This document shows positions 49,920 through 59,756 of a stretch of DNA of 64,000 nucleotides, in pieces. Both the position numbers and the translations under genes were made by a program. Each line of letters starts with the position of its first letter. Position 1 is the stretch's first letter. This DNA comes from a virus (lineage: Duplodnaviria; Caudoviricetes): IMG/VR virus record IMGVR_UViG_3300042307_000844, one strand, 5' to 3'. The notes under the pieces were generated by a model. That model worked only from the letters and a program-made list of their open reading frames with translations. It ran no database searches and was not told the DNA's origin.

Positions 49920-51059
49920 ATGAGCTTATGCCAAGTTGAACCAATTTCCGCTTTCATGTCCACCAATCTCAATTCCAAGATTGAGTGTTACCAGCGTTTG
50001 GGAGAGAGGATTCTGAGAACCTTGGGACATCCCATGATTAATGTGGAGTTACATTACGATCAGTTACACGAAGCCATATCAATGGCGGTTGACTTCTATA
50101 CAGTATATAGTGGTTACACTAAAGAATATCTTATTTTTGACAGCCGATTGTATGAGGGTAACAAAGGCTTACGATTGGATCATCTTTTCACAGTTGCCAA
50201 TTCGGGATACACACCATCGGAAAAGCTCAATGATAAGAGAACCGGACCACAACCGGATTATGAAGTGACTCTCCCAACTCCTTTATATGTTTCCCTTTCC
50301 ACAATTCCCAGCGCATATTTCACAGCTTCTTCAGCATTAAGCGGAGTGGTTCCTTCCGATGGCATTACTTCCATGCAAATTATTGACCAAACTACTTACG
50401 ATCTTCTAGTGGGATTCAATGCTGGTTTGAGTGTGCTGTTCCAACAATCCTATCAAAAACCGTTCACGATACAGTGTGAACAACAGGATGATGTGAACAC
50501 ATTCAATAATATGTTTGATTATGATGTCATGGATTACCGCAAAGTAGTTGATGTTATTTCTTTTGAGGAAGGTTCTTCCACAGGTGTAAACACATTGTTT
50601 TCCGTGGAACAAACCATGGCTCAACAAAGTTATCACGCTTATTCGCTGGGTAACTATGGATTTGATATTCTATCTTGGCACACCGTCAAGGATTGGATTG
50701 ATACCCGCGAAAAAATGTTTGCTACTCGTCGGGACATCTATTTTGATGCAAGAACACAATATCTCCGTTTAATACCTCAACCGAAAAACACTCAATTTTT
50801 TGGCTTGCTCACTTGCTACGTGGAAAAACCTTTAAGAGATTTGATCAAGGAGAAGTGGATTTTGGAATACGCCACCGCCATGTCTAAGATCATGTGGGGA
50901 CGGATACTCACTAAGATATCCGGTGTTACTTTACCCGGAGGTGGTTCCATTGATGGTTCCAGCATTCTTTCGGAAGGATTGGAAGCGAAAAAAGAATTGG
51001 AACAATTCTTAATTGAAGGTGGATTCTCAACGGACCCTCCCTTGATGCTCGTGATGTGA
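49920..51059 (+). CDS. gp13: gp13 neck protein
   Basis: ILRTLGHPMINVELHYDQLHEAI, W..EYATAMSKIMWGRILTK..GVTLPGG...G..I..EG. Confidence 0.88.
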   Translation: MSLCQVEPISAFMSTNLNSKIECYQRLGERILRTLGHPMINVELHYDQLHEAISMAVDFYTVYSGYTKEYLIFDSRLYEGNKGLRLDHLFTVANSGYTPSEKLNDKRTGPQPDYEVTLPTPLYVSLSTIPSAYFTASSALSGVVPSDGITSMQIIDQTTYDLLVGFNAGLSVLFQQSYQKPFTIQCEQQDDVNTFNNMFDYDVMDYRKVVDVISFEEGSSTGVNTLFSVEQTMAQQSYHAYSLGNYGFDILSWHTVKDWIDTREKMFATRRDIYFDARTQYLRLIPQPKNTQFFGLLTCYVEKPLRDLIKEKWILEYATAMSKIMWGRILTKISGVTLPGGGSIDGSSILSEGLEAKKELEQFLIEGGFSTDPPLMLVM

Positions 51060-51080
51060 GATACCTTATTAAGTATTGTT

Positions 51081-51806
51081 GTGTTTATTCGTGGATCAGG
51101 GGCGGGCAATGAGGCGAAAAGGAACGACGAATCGTTCTACCGTGGAATTGTGGTCAAGAACAACGATCCCCTGAAAATGAATCGGGTTAAGATATTCATT
51201 CCCGAATTATCCAACCAACCTTTTGAGGAATGGTTTGAGAAATATGAGGAAATGAATATTCAAAGACCCGGACTCAACAACCCCGAAGACACTTGGGTTG
51301 ATATCAAGATTTACGAAGAGATTTCCAAACACATTCCATGGGCGGAACCGTGTTATCCTCTGATGGGAGAATCCGGTAATGGACGATACTTCAAACAGGA
51401 TGGGGATGGTTTGGCTGTTATAACGGACAGTAACTATTCGGAGACTTACGAAAATAATAATACTGAAGTCCCAACTTTAAGCGGGGGATCGTTCTCCCCT
51501 TCATTTTTATATGAAAACATGGATACCATGGTATCCGATGCGTTTGCCAATCCTCTTGATGTTTTCGCTGTCAAATGCAATCCCTATGCTTTTGGATATA
51601 AATCGAATAATTTCACAAACAAATCCAAGGGAATGTTCGGTATTCCCGAAGTGGGTTCCAAGGTTTGGGTGTTCCATTATCTGGGAGATTTAAACTTTCC
51701 CATTTACTTTGGAGTGTCGCAGGATTTCCGTGGACTGACACTGATAAATAGAACCGACAATGATAATAAAATTTCCCCTTATTATCCAAACGATTTTGAG
51801 AATTGA
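51081..51806 (+). CDS. gp5-like baseplate hub N-terminal OB-fold protein
   Basis: FYRGIVVKNNDPLKMNRVKI, IPWAEP, IPEVGSKVWVF..GD..FPIYFG. Confidence 0.8.
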   Translation: MFIRGSGAGNEAKRNDESFYRGIVVKNNDPLKMNRVKIFIPELSNQPFEEWFEKYEEMNIQRPGLNNPEDTWVDIKIYEEISKHIPWAEPCYPLMGESGNGRYFKQDGDGLAVITDSNYSETYENNNTEVPTLSGGSFSPSFLYENMDTMVSDAFANPLDVFAVKCNPYAFGYKSNNFTNKSKGMFGIPEVGSKVWVFHYLGDLNFPIYFGVSQDFRGLTLINRTDNDNKISPYYPNDFEN

Positions 51807-53401
51807 TTATGGCCGATAAAATTTACAGAAATAGGACGATACTAAACCAAAGGGGTGGCTCTTTGGTGATTACAAACACAACCGATCAGGAGAGCATTCA
51901 GCTTTCCCAAAGATCGGGAAGCAATGTTCTGATGAACAATCTGGTCAATTCAGAACTTGCCACTAACAACAAGCAAACCCATGTCATCAATGATAATTTT
52001 GAGACTGTTCTGAATGATGATAATAAATTCGTAAAAGGCGTTCAGACCAATCGTGTGGGAAATACCAGATATGATTTCAAGGGGTTCCTGAAAGACGAGG
52101 AATTTGATGCTTACCAGCAATGGAAAGACACTTTTAATTCGGTGGCATTGGTAAATTCCAAATTCAAAATCAAACGGGGAGGAGTATCCGGCCCGAATGG
52201 TGTGGATACTGATTTGGAAGGAGAACGTGCGGACAATCCGGTGATCGGTTCCAAGGTCTATGTTGTCGAGAATAAGTTCGGGGGGTATATAAAATTACCC
52301 CGAAGATTATCATCTACAGATGAAGTTACTGATTATTCCCCCGTTCCTGACCGTGGCAAGACCAAACCAGCGGAAGAAAAAGATATAAAAGAGGAGGATA
52401 TTTCCAAGAGTGCGGGAGAGCAAGGATCGAAAGCTCCCGGTGTTTTGGAATTTGGAGCAAATAAATCAGCAGCTACGGAGAACGGGGAATGGGAGCCGGA
52501 AGAGGATGCCCAAAACATTGCTGATGCTGTATTGGCAATTCAGGAAGAACTCACTCCCATTGAAGAGAAGATGGGTGATGGGGGGGATGAACATATCATC
52601 GTCAAGAGAAACAAAATTGAAACGGTGGGAGCGATTTTCAATGATTACCCATCGGTTCGCATTGATGAAAAAGGGAGAAGTCAACCATTTGAAATGTTGG
52701 TTGGTGATACGGGTGTATATAAAAACCATGATTACATTCCCCATGTGGAAGAAATAGATAATTCTTCCAATTTCCCTTGTGGACAGGACACTAAGATTGT
52801 GGGCAATTCCTACAACCGTATCGTCGGTTCCGGTGGCATTTCCCTGAAGACCACGGGAGCCACCGAATTGGGGGGAGCCACTTTAAAAGCCGGATTCAAA
52901 AAAATAAATATTAATGCTTCCCATGGTGTCCACATTGGATCGGAGAACGCAATTGAATTGCAATCCATGAAAACCATCGTTCTCCGCACGAACAGGCAGG
53001 TTTATATCGAATCATCCCTTGGAGTTAAAAATAACTTAATTGTGGGGGGTGGTCTTGCCGTGGAGGGTCAGACATACCTCCAAGGCGTTACTGCCCCGCT
53101 GGAGGTGCAGCAGACGGAAAATACGCTGGTTTCCGGCAGGTTCGCCACAACCACTGATCGCAGCTTGTATATTGGGGACTGCGAAATTGCAGGAGAGTAT
53201 TATCCCGTGTATGCCAGAGCCGCCGATGACCTGATTGTGACGTATCCCCATAGCCACCACTTCAACAACCTACCGTTGAAACTTATGGAAGCCAATGAGG
53301 ACGTTCGGAAGGATGCCCACAAGAACGGTATCAATGTCCACAATTCGATTGCCCAAGCGTATCCTCAGATGCATGAGAAGAAGAAACCGCAAAAGGGCTA
53401 A
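51803..53401 (+). CDS. gp5-like beta-helical spike protein with an HxH apex motif
   Basis: beta-helix-like repeats (ISLKTTG, ININASHGVHIGSE) and C-terminal PHSHHF; follows the OB-fold gene. Confidence 0.6.
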   Translation: MIMADKIYRNRTILNQRGGSLVITNTTDQESIQLSQRSGSNVLMNNLVNSELATNNKQTHVINDNFETVLNDDNKFVKGVQTNRVGNTRYDFKGFLKDEEFDAYQQWKDTFNSVALVNSKFKIKRGGVSGPNGVDTDLEGERADNPVIGSKVYVVENKFGGYIKLPRRLSSTDEVTDYSPVPDRGKTKPAEEKDIKEEDISKSAGEQGSKAPGVLEFGANKSAATENGEWEPEEDAQNIADAVLAIQEELTPIEEKMGDGGDEHIIVKRNKIETVGAIFNDYPSVRIDEKGRSQPFEMLVGDTGVYKNHDYIPHVEEIDNSSNFPCGQDTKIVGNSYNRIVGSGGISLKTTGATELGGATLKAGFKKININASHGVHIGSENAIELQSMKTIVLRTNRQVYIESSLGVKNNLIVGGGLAVEGQTYLQGVTAPLEVQQTENTLVSGRFATTTDRSLYIGDCEIAGEYYPVYARAADDLIVTYPHSHHFNNLPLKLMEANEDVRKDAHKNGINVHNSIAQAYPQMHEKKKPQKG

Positions 53402-55050
53402 CCTTCACAGGACTTACAATTCATGATCGATCTCGCCAAATCTTGGGAAGGATTTGAACTGCGACTGTAATATAAAGATTTAATCCCCTGTTCCCAAGCG
53501 AAGATCATAAGCTGATTAATTTCCTTTGGTTTGGTTCCCGCTGGAATCATTAGGTTTAGCGATTGTCCTTGATCTAGATATTGACCCCGTTGAGCAGCAT
53601 GAACAACGATTTCTCGTTGGGAAATTTCTGCAAACGTCTTAAACACATCTTTCTCTTCTTGGGTTAAGAAATCTAGATGTTGAACACTCCCCCCATGCGC
53701 CAAAATATCTTTCCAAACATCCTTGGTATTTTTATCTTTAGATTTCAATAATTCAATGAGATGTGGATTTTTATATGTGAATTTACCTTTTGCCAAATTC
53801 TTTACAAAGTAGTTGGAATTGAGAGGTTCGATGGATGGAGAGACTTGCCCCAAAATAAAACTGCTTGAAGTTGTTGGAGCCACAGCCAACGTTGTAGTAT
53901 TCCGTCTTCCATATCCTTTTAGGACTTCCGGTTCCCCGAACATTTGAGCCAATTCTTCCGTTGCCTTATCAGCACGTTCACGAATCTTGGAAAAGATTTC
54001 AATATTCTCGAAATGTGCATCCATACTTTCCCAAGCGATCATCTTGGATTGGAGGTAATTGTGATAACCCAGAACTCCCATACCTAATGCCCGATGATTC
54101 TTGGCAAATCTATGAGCAGCTTCCATCAATCTAATATCTGCGGTTTTTTCGATGAATTCGCTCATCACAGCGTCAAGGAACATAATCAGCGTTTCGACAG
54201 CATCAGTATCTTTGATTTCATCCCACCAAAGCAGGTTCAACGACGATAAACAGCACACGAACGATTCTTCTCTGGTTGAAGGGAGAAAAATTTCAGTACA
54301 CATGTTGGAACTATTGATTTTATAATCTTTATCTTTATAAACTTGTGGTTTCTGATTGTTTGCATTATCAGTGAAAAATACATACGGATAACCAGTTTCA
54401 GAACGTTTTTTGATAACAGCAGACCATCTACGTCTTTTTTCCTTATCACCTTCAACCATTGATTGCATCCATTCATCAGAAACACATACACCAATTGACA
54501 TTTCTTGGATGGTATTACCTTCCGATCTAATTTTGATAAATTCATCAAAGTCATCATGATCAATTGGTAAATATGCAGCAAAGTGTCCTCTACGTGCGCT
54601 TCCTTGACTAACGATACTTGTTACAGTATCAAATAATTCCATACAACGCGCTGCACCTTCAGCAATTCCACCACCAGTGATTTTAGAACCGCGAGGACGA
54701 ATATCCCCAAAATAACCAGAACATCCCCCACCAACTTTCGTCATCATCCCCACTTCTGCTTGTTTGAAGAGGAAATCTTCAATACTATCAGAAACGTGTG
54801 AATTGAAACATGAAATACCCAATCCACGTTTATTCCCAAAATTCATCCAAACGGGAGTTGCCAAACTATAATAACCCTTGGACATATAATCCTCGAATTT
54901 ATCGGAAAATCCATCAACACCCAAGATTTTTTCGGCGGCATCAGCAATCTCTTTAATTCTCTCCAAAGGAGTCTGCCCCTCTTTCAAATATCCCTTCTCC
55001 AAAAATTTAACGGAGTCTTCGTTCAACCAATAGTATTTTTCTCTTGTCAT
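53398..55050 (-). CDS. nrdA: Class Ia ribonucleotide reductase alpha subunit (short, no ATP cone)
   Basis: ISCF, SSNMCTEI, CCLSSLNL, LAVAPTTSSS, LDQGQSLNL, KSLYY, C-terminal CKSC. Confidence 0.95.
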   Translation of the reverse strand: MTREKYYWLNEDSVKFLEKGYLKEGQTPLERIKEIADAAEKILGVDGFSDKFEDYMSKGYYSLATPVWMNFGNKRGLGISCFNSHVSDSIEDFLFKQAEVGMMTKVGGGCSGYFGDIRPRGSKITGGGIAEGAARCMELFDTVTSIVSQGSARRGHFAAYLPIDHDDFDEFIKIRSEGNTIQEMSIGVCVSDEWMQSMVEGDKEKRRRWSAVIKKRSETGYPYVFFTDNANNQKPQVYKDKDYKINSSNMCTEIFLPSTREESFVCCLSSLNLLWWDEIKDTDAVETLIMFLDAVMSEFIEKTADIRLMEAAHRFAKNHRALGMGVLGYHNYLQSKMIAWESMDAHFENIEIFSKIRERADKATEELAQMFGEPEVLKGYGRRNTTTLAVAPTTSSSFILGQVSPSIEPLNSNYFVKNLAKGKFTYKNPHLIELLKSKDKNTKDVWKDILAHGGSVQHLDFLTQEEKDVFKTFAEISQREIVVHAAQRGQYLDQGQSLNLMIPAGTKPKEINQLMIFAWEQGIKSLYYSRSSNPSQDLARSIMNCKSCEG

Positions 55051-55053
55051 ATA

Positions 55054-56028
55054 TTAAAATAGTTCATCTTCCTCATAACACTGCCCCTTTTTAGAATATT
55101 CCACACTTTTTGAATGGAAAAAATCTGTCATATTGGAACCCATCAATTCTTCTTCAAACCATGATGTTTCATCCAATAATACTTCATCAATATCAAAAAC
55201 TTTTTTAAATCCAATCTGAACCAGAGATTCGTTGATCCTGTTTTTGATGAATTCCTTGAGAATTGGAGCAGTCAGTCCCTTTTCATCAATACCATTCACC
55301 ATCCAGTCGATGATCTTCGATTCCGATATGAAAGCTTGTTCTGCTTCCTGTAAAATCTTGGTTTCCAATTCCTCATCAAAAAGCTCCGGTAGTTCCTCCC
55401 TAATGGTATTGATAATCTTAACACCTACCAACGCATGAATCATTTCTTCATTGCGGGTGTATCGAACCTGTTGATCAGTGTCTTTCAGGACACTCTTGTT
55501 CCGTCCGAACCAATTGATCACATAGAATTGAGAAAACAAGGATACGTTTTCCACAAACAATGTGAAAAGAATCAGGGCATAAAGATATTGTTTCTTGGAA
55601 TCCTTATAGAAACGATGGGTATATTTTTTGAGATATTTCACTCTTCCCTGAATCCATTCCAATTTAAGGTTCTCTTCAAAAACATCCTCCATATCCAATA
55701 CGGACAGGAGACGTTCGTATGCATTATTGTGGATCACCTCAACATTTGCCATCACAAATCCTAGATCAGACAAGGATGGGTGGGGGAGGTTGTCCCCAAG
55801 CTTTGCCCAAAATGTCTTTACCGCAACCTCAATCTGTCCAATGGCAGACAAGGTTCTCACAATGATTTCCCGTTCCTGATCCGTGAGTTGTGTCTTGAAT
55901 TGATGAAGATCGCTTTTGAAAGAGAATTCCTTGTCAGTCCAAAAACCATTGTGCATTGCTTCAATGAATTTTTCTGTCCACGGGTATTTGTTTGGTTTCC
56001 TGCTTATCTGTTCGTCAAAAATGCTCAT
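55054..56028 (-). CDS. nrdB: Class I ribonucleotide reductase beta subunit
   Basis: EVIHNNAY, FVENVSLFSQF, NEEMIH, TDFFH..SVEYSK. Confidence 0.95.
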   Translation of the reverse strand: MSIFDEQISRKPNKYPWTEKFIEAMHNGFWTDKEFSFKSDLHQFKTQLTDQEREIIVRTLSAIGQIEVAVKTFWAKLGDNLPHPSLSDLGFVMANVEVIHNNAYERLLSVLDMEDVFEENLKLEWIQGRVKYLKKYTHRFYKDSKKQYLYALILFTLFVENVSLFSQFYVINWFGRNKSVLKDTDQQVRYTRNEEMIHALVGVKIINTIREELPELFDEELETKILQEAEQAFISESKIIDWMVNGIDEKGLTAPILKEFIKNRINESLVQIGFKKVFDIDEVLLDETSWFEEELMGSNMTDFFHSKSVEYSKKGQCYEEDELF

Positions 56029-56068
56029 ATCGCCTGATTATTTATTCCCCACTTTCGTTGTTTCTCTT

Positions 56069-56124
56069 TCTTGATTTTGGTTGTTCGCCACGCTAAATAC
56101 TGGCATAGCTTTTCCAAAAATCAA
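56069..56124 (-). other. Structured RNA candidate upstream of nrdB
   Basis: cttgattttgg/ccaaaaatcaag outer stem with alternative inner pairings gcca/tggc and gcta/tagc. Confidence 0.35.
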
Positions 56125-56127
56125 GCC

Positions 56128-56769
56128 TTAAACGATCTCATCAACGATTCCGTATTGGAGGCATTCCTCTGCATTGAGCCAGATGTCCCGCTTCAAAAGT
56201 TCATCCAATTTCTTCATGGGAAGCTTGGTATTCTTTTTATAGAAATCTTTCAAAAGTTTCATCAGATTGGTGCAATTGAAAATCTCATCCTCCATCTCTG
56301 AGAACTTACCATACACACCGGAACTCAATTGGTGGATCAAAAGATGAGCATGTTGTCCCATGTATCTCTTGCTACCAATGGCGGAAACCAAGGTTCCTGC
56401 ACTTGCCACACTACCATCAATGTGGGTATGGACTTTGGATTTCAGTCTGCGGATGGTATCCACGGTGGAGAATGCTGCAAAGATACTACCACCAAAGGTA
56501 TTCAGGTGAAGATGGATGGTGGATTCATACGCACCGTCTAAAGCAAGTTCCATGCTTTGAAGCTTCAAATCTGTTTCTAAAAGAACCCTATTCAATTCTA
56601 ACATCGCCCCCTCATTAACATCAGCATAAAATAAAATTTTATTATTGATGACTCTAATACCTTGAGGATATTGAGTTTCTTCATTATCAGAAGAATTTAT
56701 GATAATCTGGGGCATTTGGAATGCATTCATGTTCTCCTTCTCCTCTTCGTTTCGGTAACGCCACTTCAT
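56128..56769 (-). CDS. ClpP-like serine protease
   Basis: LNTFGGSI, DGSVASAGT (Ser), LLIHQLS (His), RDIWLNAEECLQYGIVDEI (Asp); TAAGTA late promoter. Confidence 0.9.
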   Translation of the reverse strand: MKWRYRNEEEKENMNAFQMPQIIINSSDNEETQYPQGIRVINNKILFYADVNEGAMLELNRVLLETDLKLQSMELALDGAYESTIHLHLNTFGGSIFAAFSTVDTIRRLKSKVHTHIDGSVASAGTLVSAIGSKRYMGQHAHLLIHQLSSGVYGKFSEMEDEIFNCTNLMKLLKDFYKKNTKLPMKKLDELLKRDIWLNAEECLQYGIVDEIV

Positions 56770-56816
56770 GTATAATACTTAACACAGAAATCGGGGTTCG
56801 CAATCTAAATACTAAT

Positions 56817-57122
56817 GTGGATCAAGAATTAAAAAACATCTATTCCGATATTATTTTGGAATACCAATCGGGTTTCAATCCTCCCCAAAGGGTTCCCAAG
56901 CAAGCGGTTCCCGATGAAGCTGGGGGTAAATTATCATATGGTAAGATTAAAATGGGAATGGTCAACACTCCAGTAACTACCAATGTCTATGGGGAACAGG
57001 AGGAGGAAGCTGAAGGTATTTTAAAAATTATTCAGGATGTGGAATCGGAATATCGGGGGGATTCTCCCATAAATAATGCCGTGAGATTGGCATTCGGCAA
57101 ATTAAAGGAAAAATTGGCATGA
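56817..57122 (+). CDS. Late hypothetical protein
   Basis: TAAATA-N5-GTG; DQELKNIYSDIILEY. Confidence 0.65.
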   Translation: MDQELKNIYSDIILEYQSGFNPPQRVPKQAVPDEAGGKLSYGKIKMGMVNTPVTTNVYGEQEEEAEGILKIIQDVESEYRGDSPINNAVRLAFGKLKEKLA

Positions 57123-57370
57123 ACAAGGATCAGGAAATATTGGAAGAGATGGTGAGGGAAATTATCGAGGAAATTGCCAAACATGGTAAGACCCGCAAGT
57201 TATATGAGCTTTTGGATGATGCCGTGAAAAAAGGATTTGTGAAATACGTCGAGAAAAATGGGAAGATTATGGTGAAGTCCCTGAAAGATGATCGCCAATA
57301 TCTAGCTCATCTTGGGGAAGTTGCAGTTGATCCCGTTTTTCGTTTTCTGAAAAAGCTTGGATATAATTGA
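57119..57370 (+). CDS. Hypothetical protein
   Basis: Coupled ORF. Confidence 0.6.
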   Translation: MNKDQEILEEMVREIIEEIAKHGKTRKLYELLDDAVKKGFVKYVEKNGKIMVKSLKDDRQYLAHLGEVAVDPVFRFLKKLGYN

Positions 57371-57371
57371 T

Positions 57372-58040
57372 TTATTGAAGATTTTTATTGTTTATGGAGA
57401 TTTTTTTATCTTCTTTAGATTTTAGAAGATTTTCTATACCCCATAACGGGCGAAGATTTACATAATTAAAACATTTGAATTGTTCTTCAGGGATGGATAA
57501 ATCAAAAGAACAACAAGGAATAATGTGATCAATATGCCACTCACCATAATTATCCCATGACATATTTTCTTGAAATTGATTTTGAAGATGCAGCTTAAAA
57601 AAATCTACATCACAACCAAGTAATTCTATTGTCGATTTCGACTTACATTTCCCATGTAAAGCTCTTCTAATTCTTATTCTTAAACGTTCAGATAAAACAT
57701 GGTTTATATTATGTTTTCCTCTGCTGTGATACCATTTATTGATATTTCTCCTCTGAGAACCAGATTCTTTTCGCTGTTTATATACAGCATCCCAATTATT
57801 TTTCCGCCACTCTTGATTTCTTTCATATACCTTTTTTCTATTTTTTTCAGTATATCTTCTTTGGCTTTCTAAGTCTTTTTGTTTATATTCTGGATTGTTT
57901 CGATAAAAGGTTTTCGATTCCTTATCATATTTTCTTTTAATTTCCAATTGTTCGGGAGTCATGTCTTTTCGTGGTAGATTCCACCATAATGATACTCCTT
58001 CTGGGAATTTTGGTCGTTGTATTTCGATATCATCTTGCAT
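57372..58040 (-). mobile_element. HNH-like homing endonuclease
   Basis: LLGCD...L..QF...MSWDNYGEWHIDHIIPC..FDL...Q.KCFNYVNLRPLW..NL.K. Confidence 0.85.
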
Positions 58041-58076
58041 AATCATATTTAACATGATTATGACAATATGCAACAA

Positions 58077-58655
58077 CTACCGATTCACTGCTTCGTGGTG
58101 CATTGCATCGTATCCCCAAAAAGCACCAGCGGCAATCCACCCCTCACGGGCAAAGCATTCCATAATCTCCAATGGCATATCTGATTTCATTGGCCAGCTA
58201 TCGCGGAAAGTATTATCATCGGCATCCAAATCAATGGCAGCACCATAGGCATGTAGAGAATAAGAAGAACCTCCACGCTTCAAGCGGAAATTGAAAACGC
58301 CCCCATAATCTTCAGCTTCATCTTTAATATCTGGATATTTTGGAATTATATCCTTAATGTTGTTCAATACCCTCAAAAGAGAATCCACACATTTCTTATT
58401 AACACGGGTTTTAGTAACCAATTTACCACCATAATACATTGGGTATGGAAAGTTGATCATTACGAGATTTGATTCGTCTCCGGGTTTTCCGTAAAATTTA
58501 GTTAAGGATGCTTGATCACTTTTTGGCCATGGGTTGTTCTTAGGCATCAGAGAGCGTAGATATGTTTTACATGCGGCTTGTGATTTCGGACCCCAAAATC
58601 CATCAACAGTTGTTCCGATTTTTTTCTGCATTTTTTTAATTTCATCGCTATTCAT
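58077..58655 (-). CDS. Endolysin: peptidoglycan-binding domain plus M15 peptidase
   Basis: QKKIGTTVDGFWGPKS; FNFRLKRGG..YSLHAYGAAIDLD; DAMHHE. Confidence 0.88.
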   Translation of the reverse strand: MNSDEIKKMQKKIGTTVDGFWGPKSQAACKTYLRSLMPKNNPWPKSDQASLTKFYGKPGDESNLVMINFPYPMYYGGKLVTKTRVNKKCVDSLLRVLNNIKDIIPKYPDIKDEAEDYGGVFNFRLKRGGSSYSLHAYGAAIDLDADDNTFRDSWPMKSDMPLEIMECFAREGWIAAGAFWGYDAMHHEAVNR

Positions 58656-58663
58656 AAAAATAC

Positions 58664-59071
58664 TTAGTCCAATCCATATTTTTCAAATCTCTTTTTCCAG
58701 ATAAAATAAGAACCCGCAACAACAGCAGAATAAATCGTCCATCTCATGGGAAGAGATACCCCAGCCTCTTTCATCAATTCTAAAAACATCCAGTTGGATT
58801 CCTTCCAAGTGAATTTGTCGTTGAATGGAGAGAAGCACCAATCATGAATCAGAGCCGCTGGAAAAGCTCCTCCAAATGGCCCGACAATTGGCCAAGCGAA
58901 TTTCGGGGAACTGATCCCATCAGTGATGAATCCTTTCTTTACGGTGATGAGATGATTCTTATAAAAACAGCGAAAATTCTCCCCCAACTCAAATTTTCGG
59001 GTTCCTTTATGGATACCCAAATCTTTCAGATATATCGTATCAGGAAAGGTGTTTTTATTAACGGTGGTCAT
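58664..59071 (-). CDS. DUF1353-family protein
   Basis: VKKGFITDGISSP, AALIHDWCF, N.MFLELM. Confidence 0.85.
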   Translation of the reverse strand: MTTVNKNTFPDTIYLKDLGIHKGTRKFELGENFRCFYKNHLITVKKGFITDGISSPKFAWPIVGPFGGAFPAALIHDWCFSPFNDKFTWKESNWMFLELMKEAGVSLPMRWTIYSAVVAGSYFIWKKRFEKYGLD

Positions 59072-59119
59072 AATAATATTTAGCTTGACATTGGGAAATA
59101 TTTTATTATAGTGATGGAA

Positions 59120-59755
59120 ATGAAAGCAGAACTAATGAATTATTTTGGAGACGATTTAATGATCGTCAATGCGGCTAGAGTTTCTTTTGGGAAAAATAAA
59201 AATATTTTGGATGAGAAAGATGAAAAGCTGATCAAGTATTTAGTGGAGCATAAACACACAGCACCTTTTCGACATCCCCAATTACAATTCAGAATTGAAT
59301 GTCCTATCTTTGTGGAACGACAGCTTTTCAAACATCAGGTAGGATTATCAGCCAACAGTATTAGTGGTAGATATGTGGATTTCTCCGATAATTATTATCA
59401 TGTTGAGGAGCTTAGACAACAATCGTCTTCGTCCAAACAAGGGAGTGATGGGTTGTTGAATAGACCGGATTTGATTAGCCAAATGGATCATCATATTACA
59501 TTGGGTAAGAAATTGTATAAGGAATTGTGTGATGCTGGTGTTGCCAAAGAACAAGCTAGAGTTATCCTGCCGCTTTGTTTGGAGACGCAATTTATCTGGA
59601 CTGGATCGTTGTTGGCATTCATTCATATGTGGAAATTGCGGTTGAAAAGTGACACCCAACAAGAAACAAGAGAAATTGCCCAACAGATGTTTGATCTTGT
59701 TAAAAACATCGAGGGGAACCCGTTTGAACACACTTTAAACGCTTGGGGATATTAA
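59120..59755 (+). CDS. thyX: ThyX flavin-dependent thymidylate synthase
   Basis: VNAARVSF, HTAPF, PIFVERQLFKH, NSISGRY, EQARVILP, QQETRE; promoter TTGACA-N16-TATAGT at 59085-59112. Confidence 0.93.
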   Translation: MKAELMNYFGDDLMIVNAARVSFGKNKNILDEKDEKLIKYLVEHKHTAPFRHPQLQFRIECPIFVERQLFKHQVGLSANSISGRYVDFSDNYYHVEELRQQSSSSKQGSDGLLNRPDLISQMDHHITLGKKLYKELCDAGVAKEQARVILPLCLETQFIWTGSLLAFIHMWKLRLKSDTQQETREIAQQMFDLVKNIEGNPFEHTLNAWGY

Positions 59756-59756
59756 T

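Noticed and set aside
53398-56028. Intron, intein or mobE-like insertion in nrdA/nrdB
   Set aside because: Both ORFs are compact, uninterrupted and 3 bp apart.
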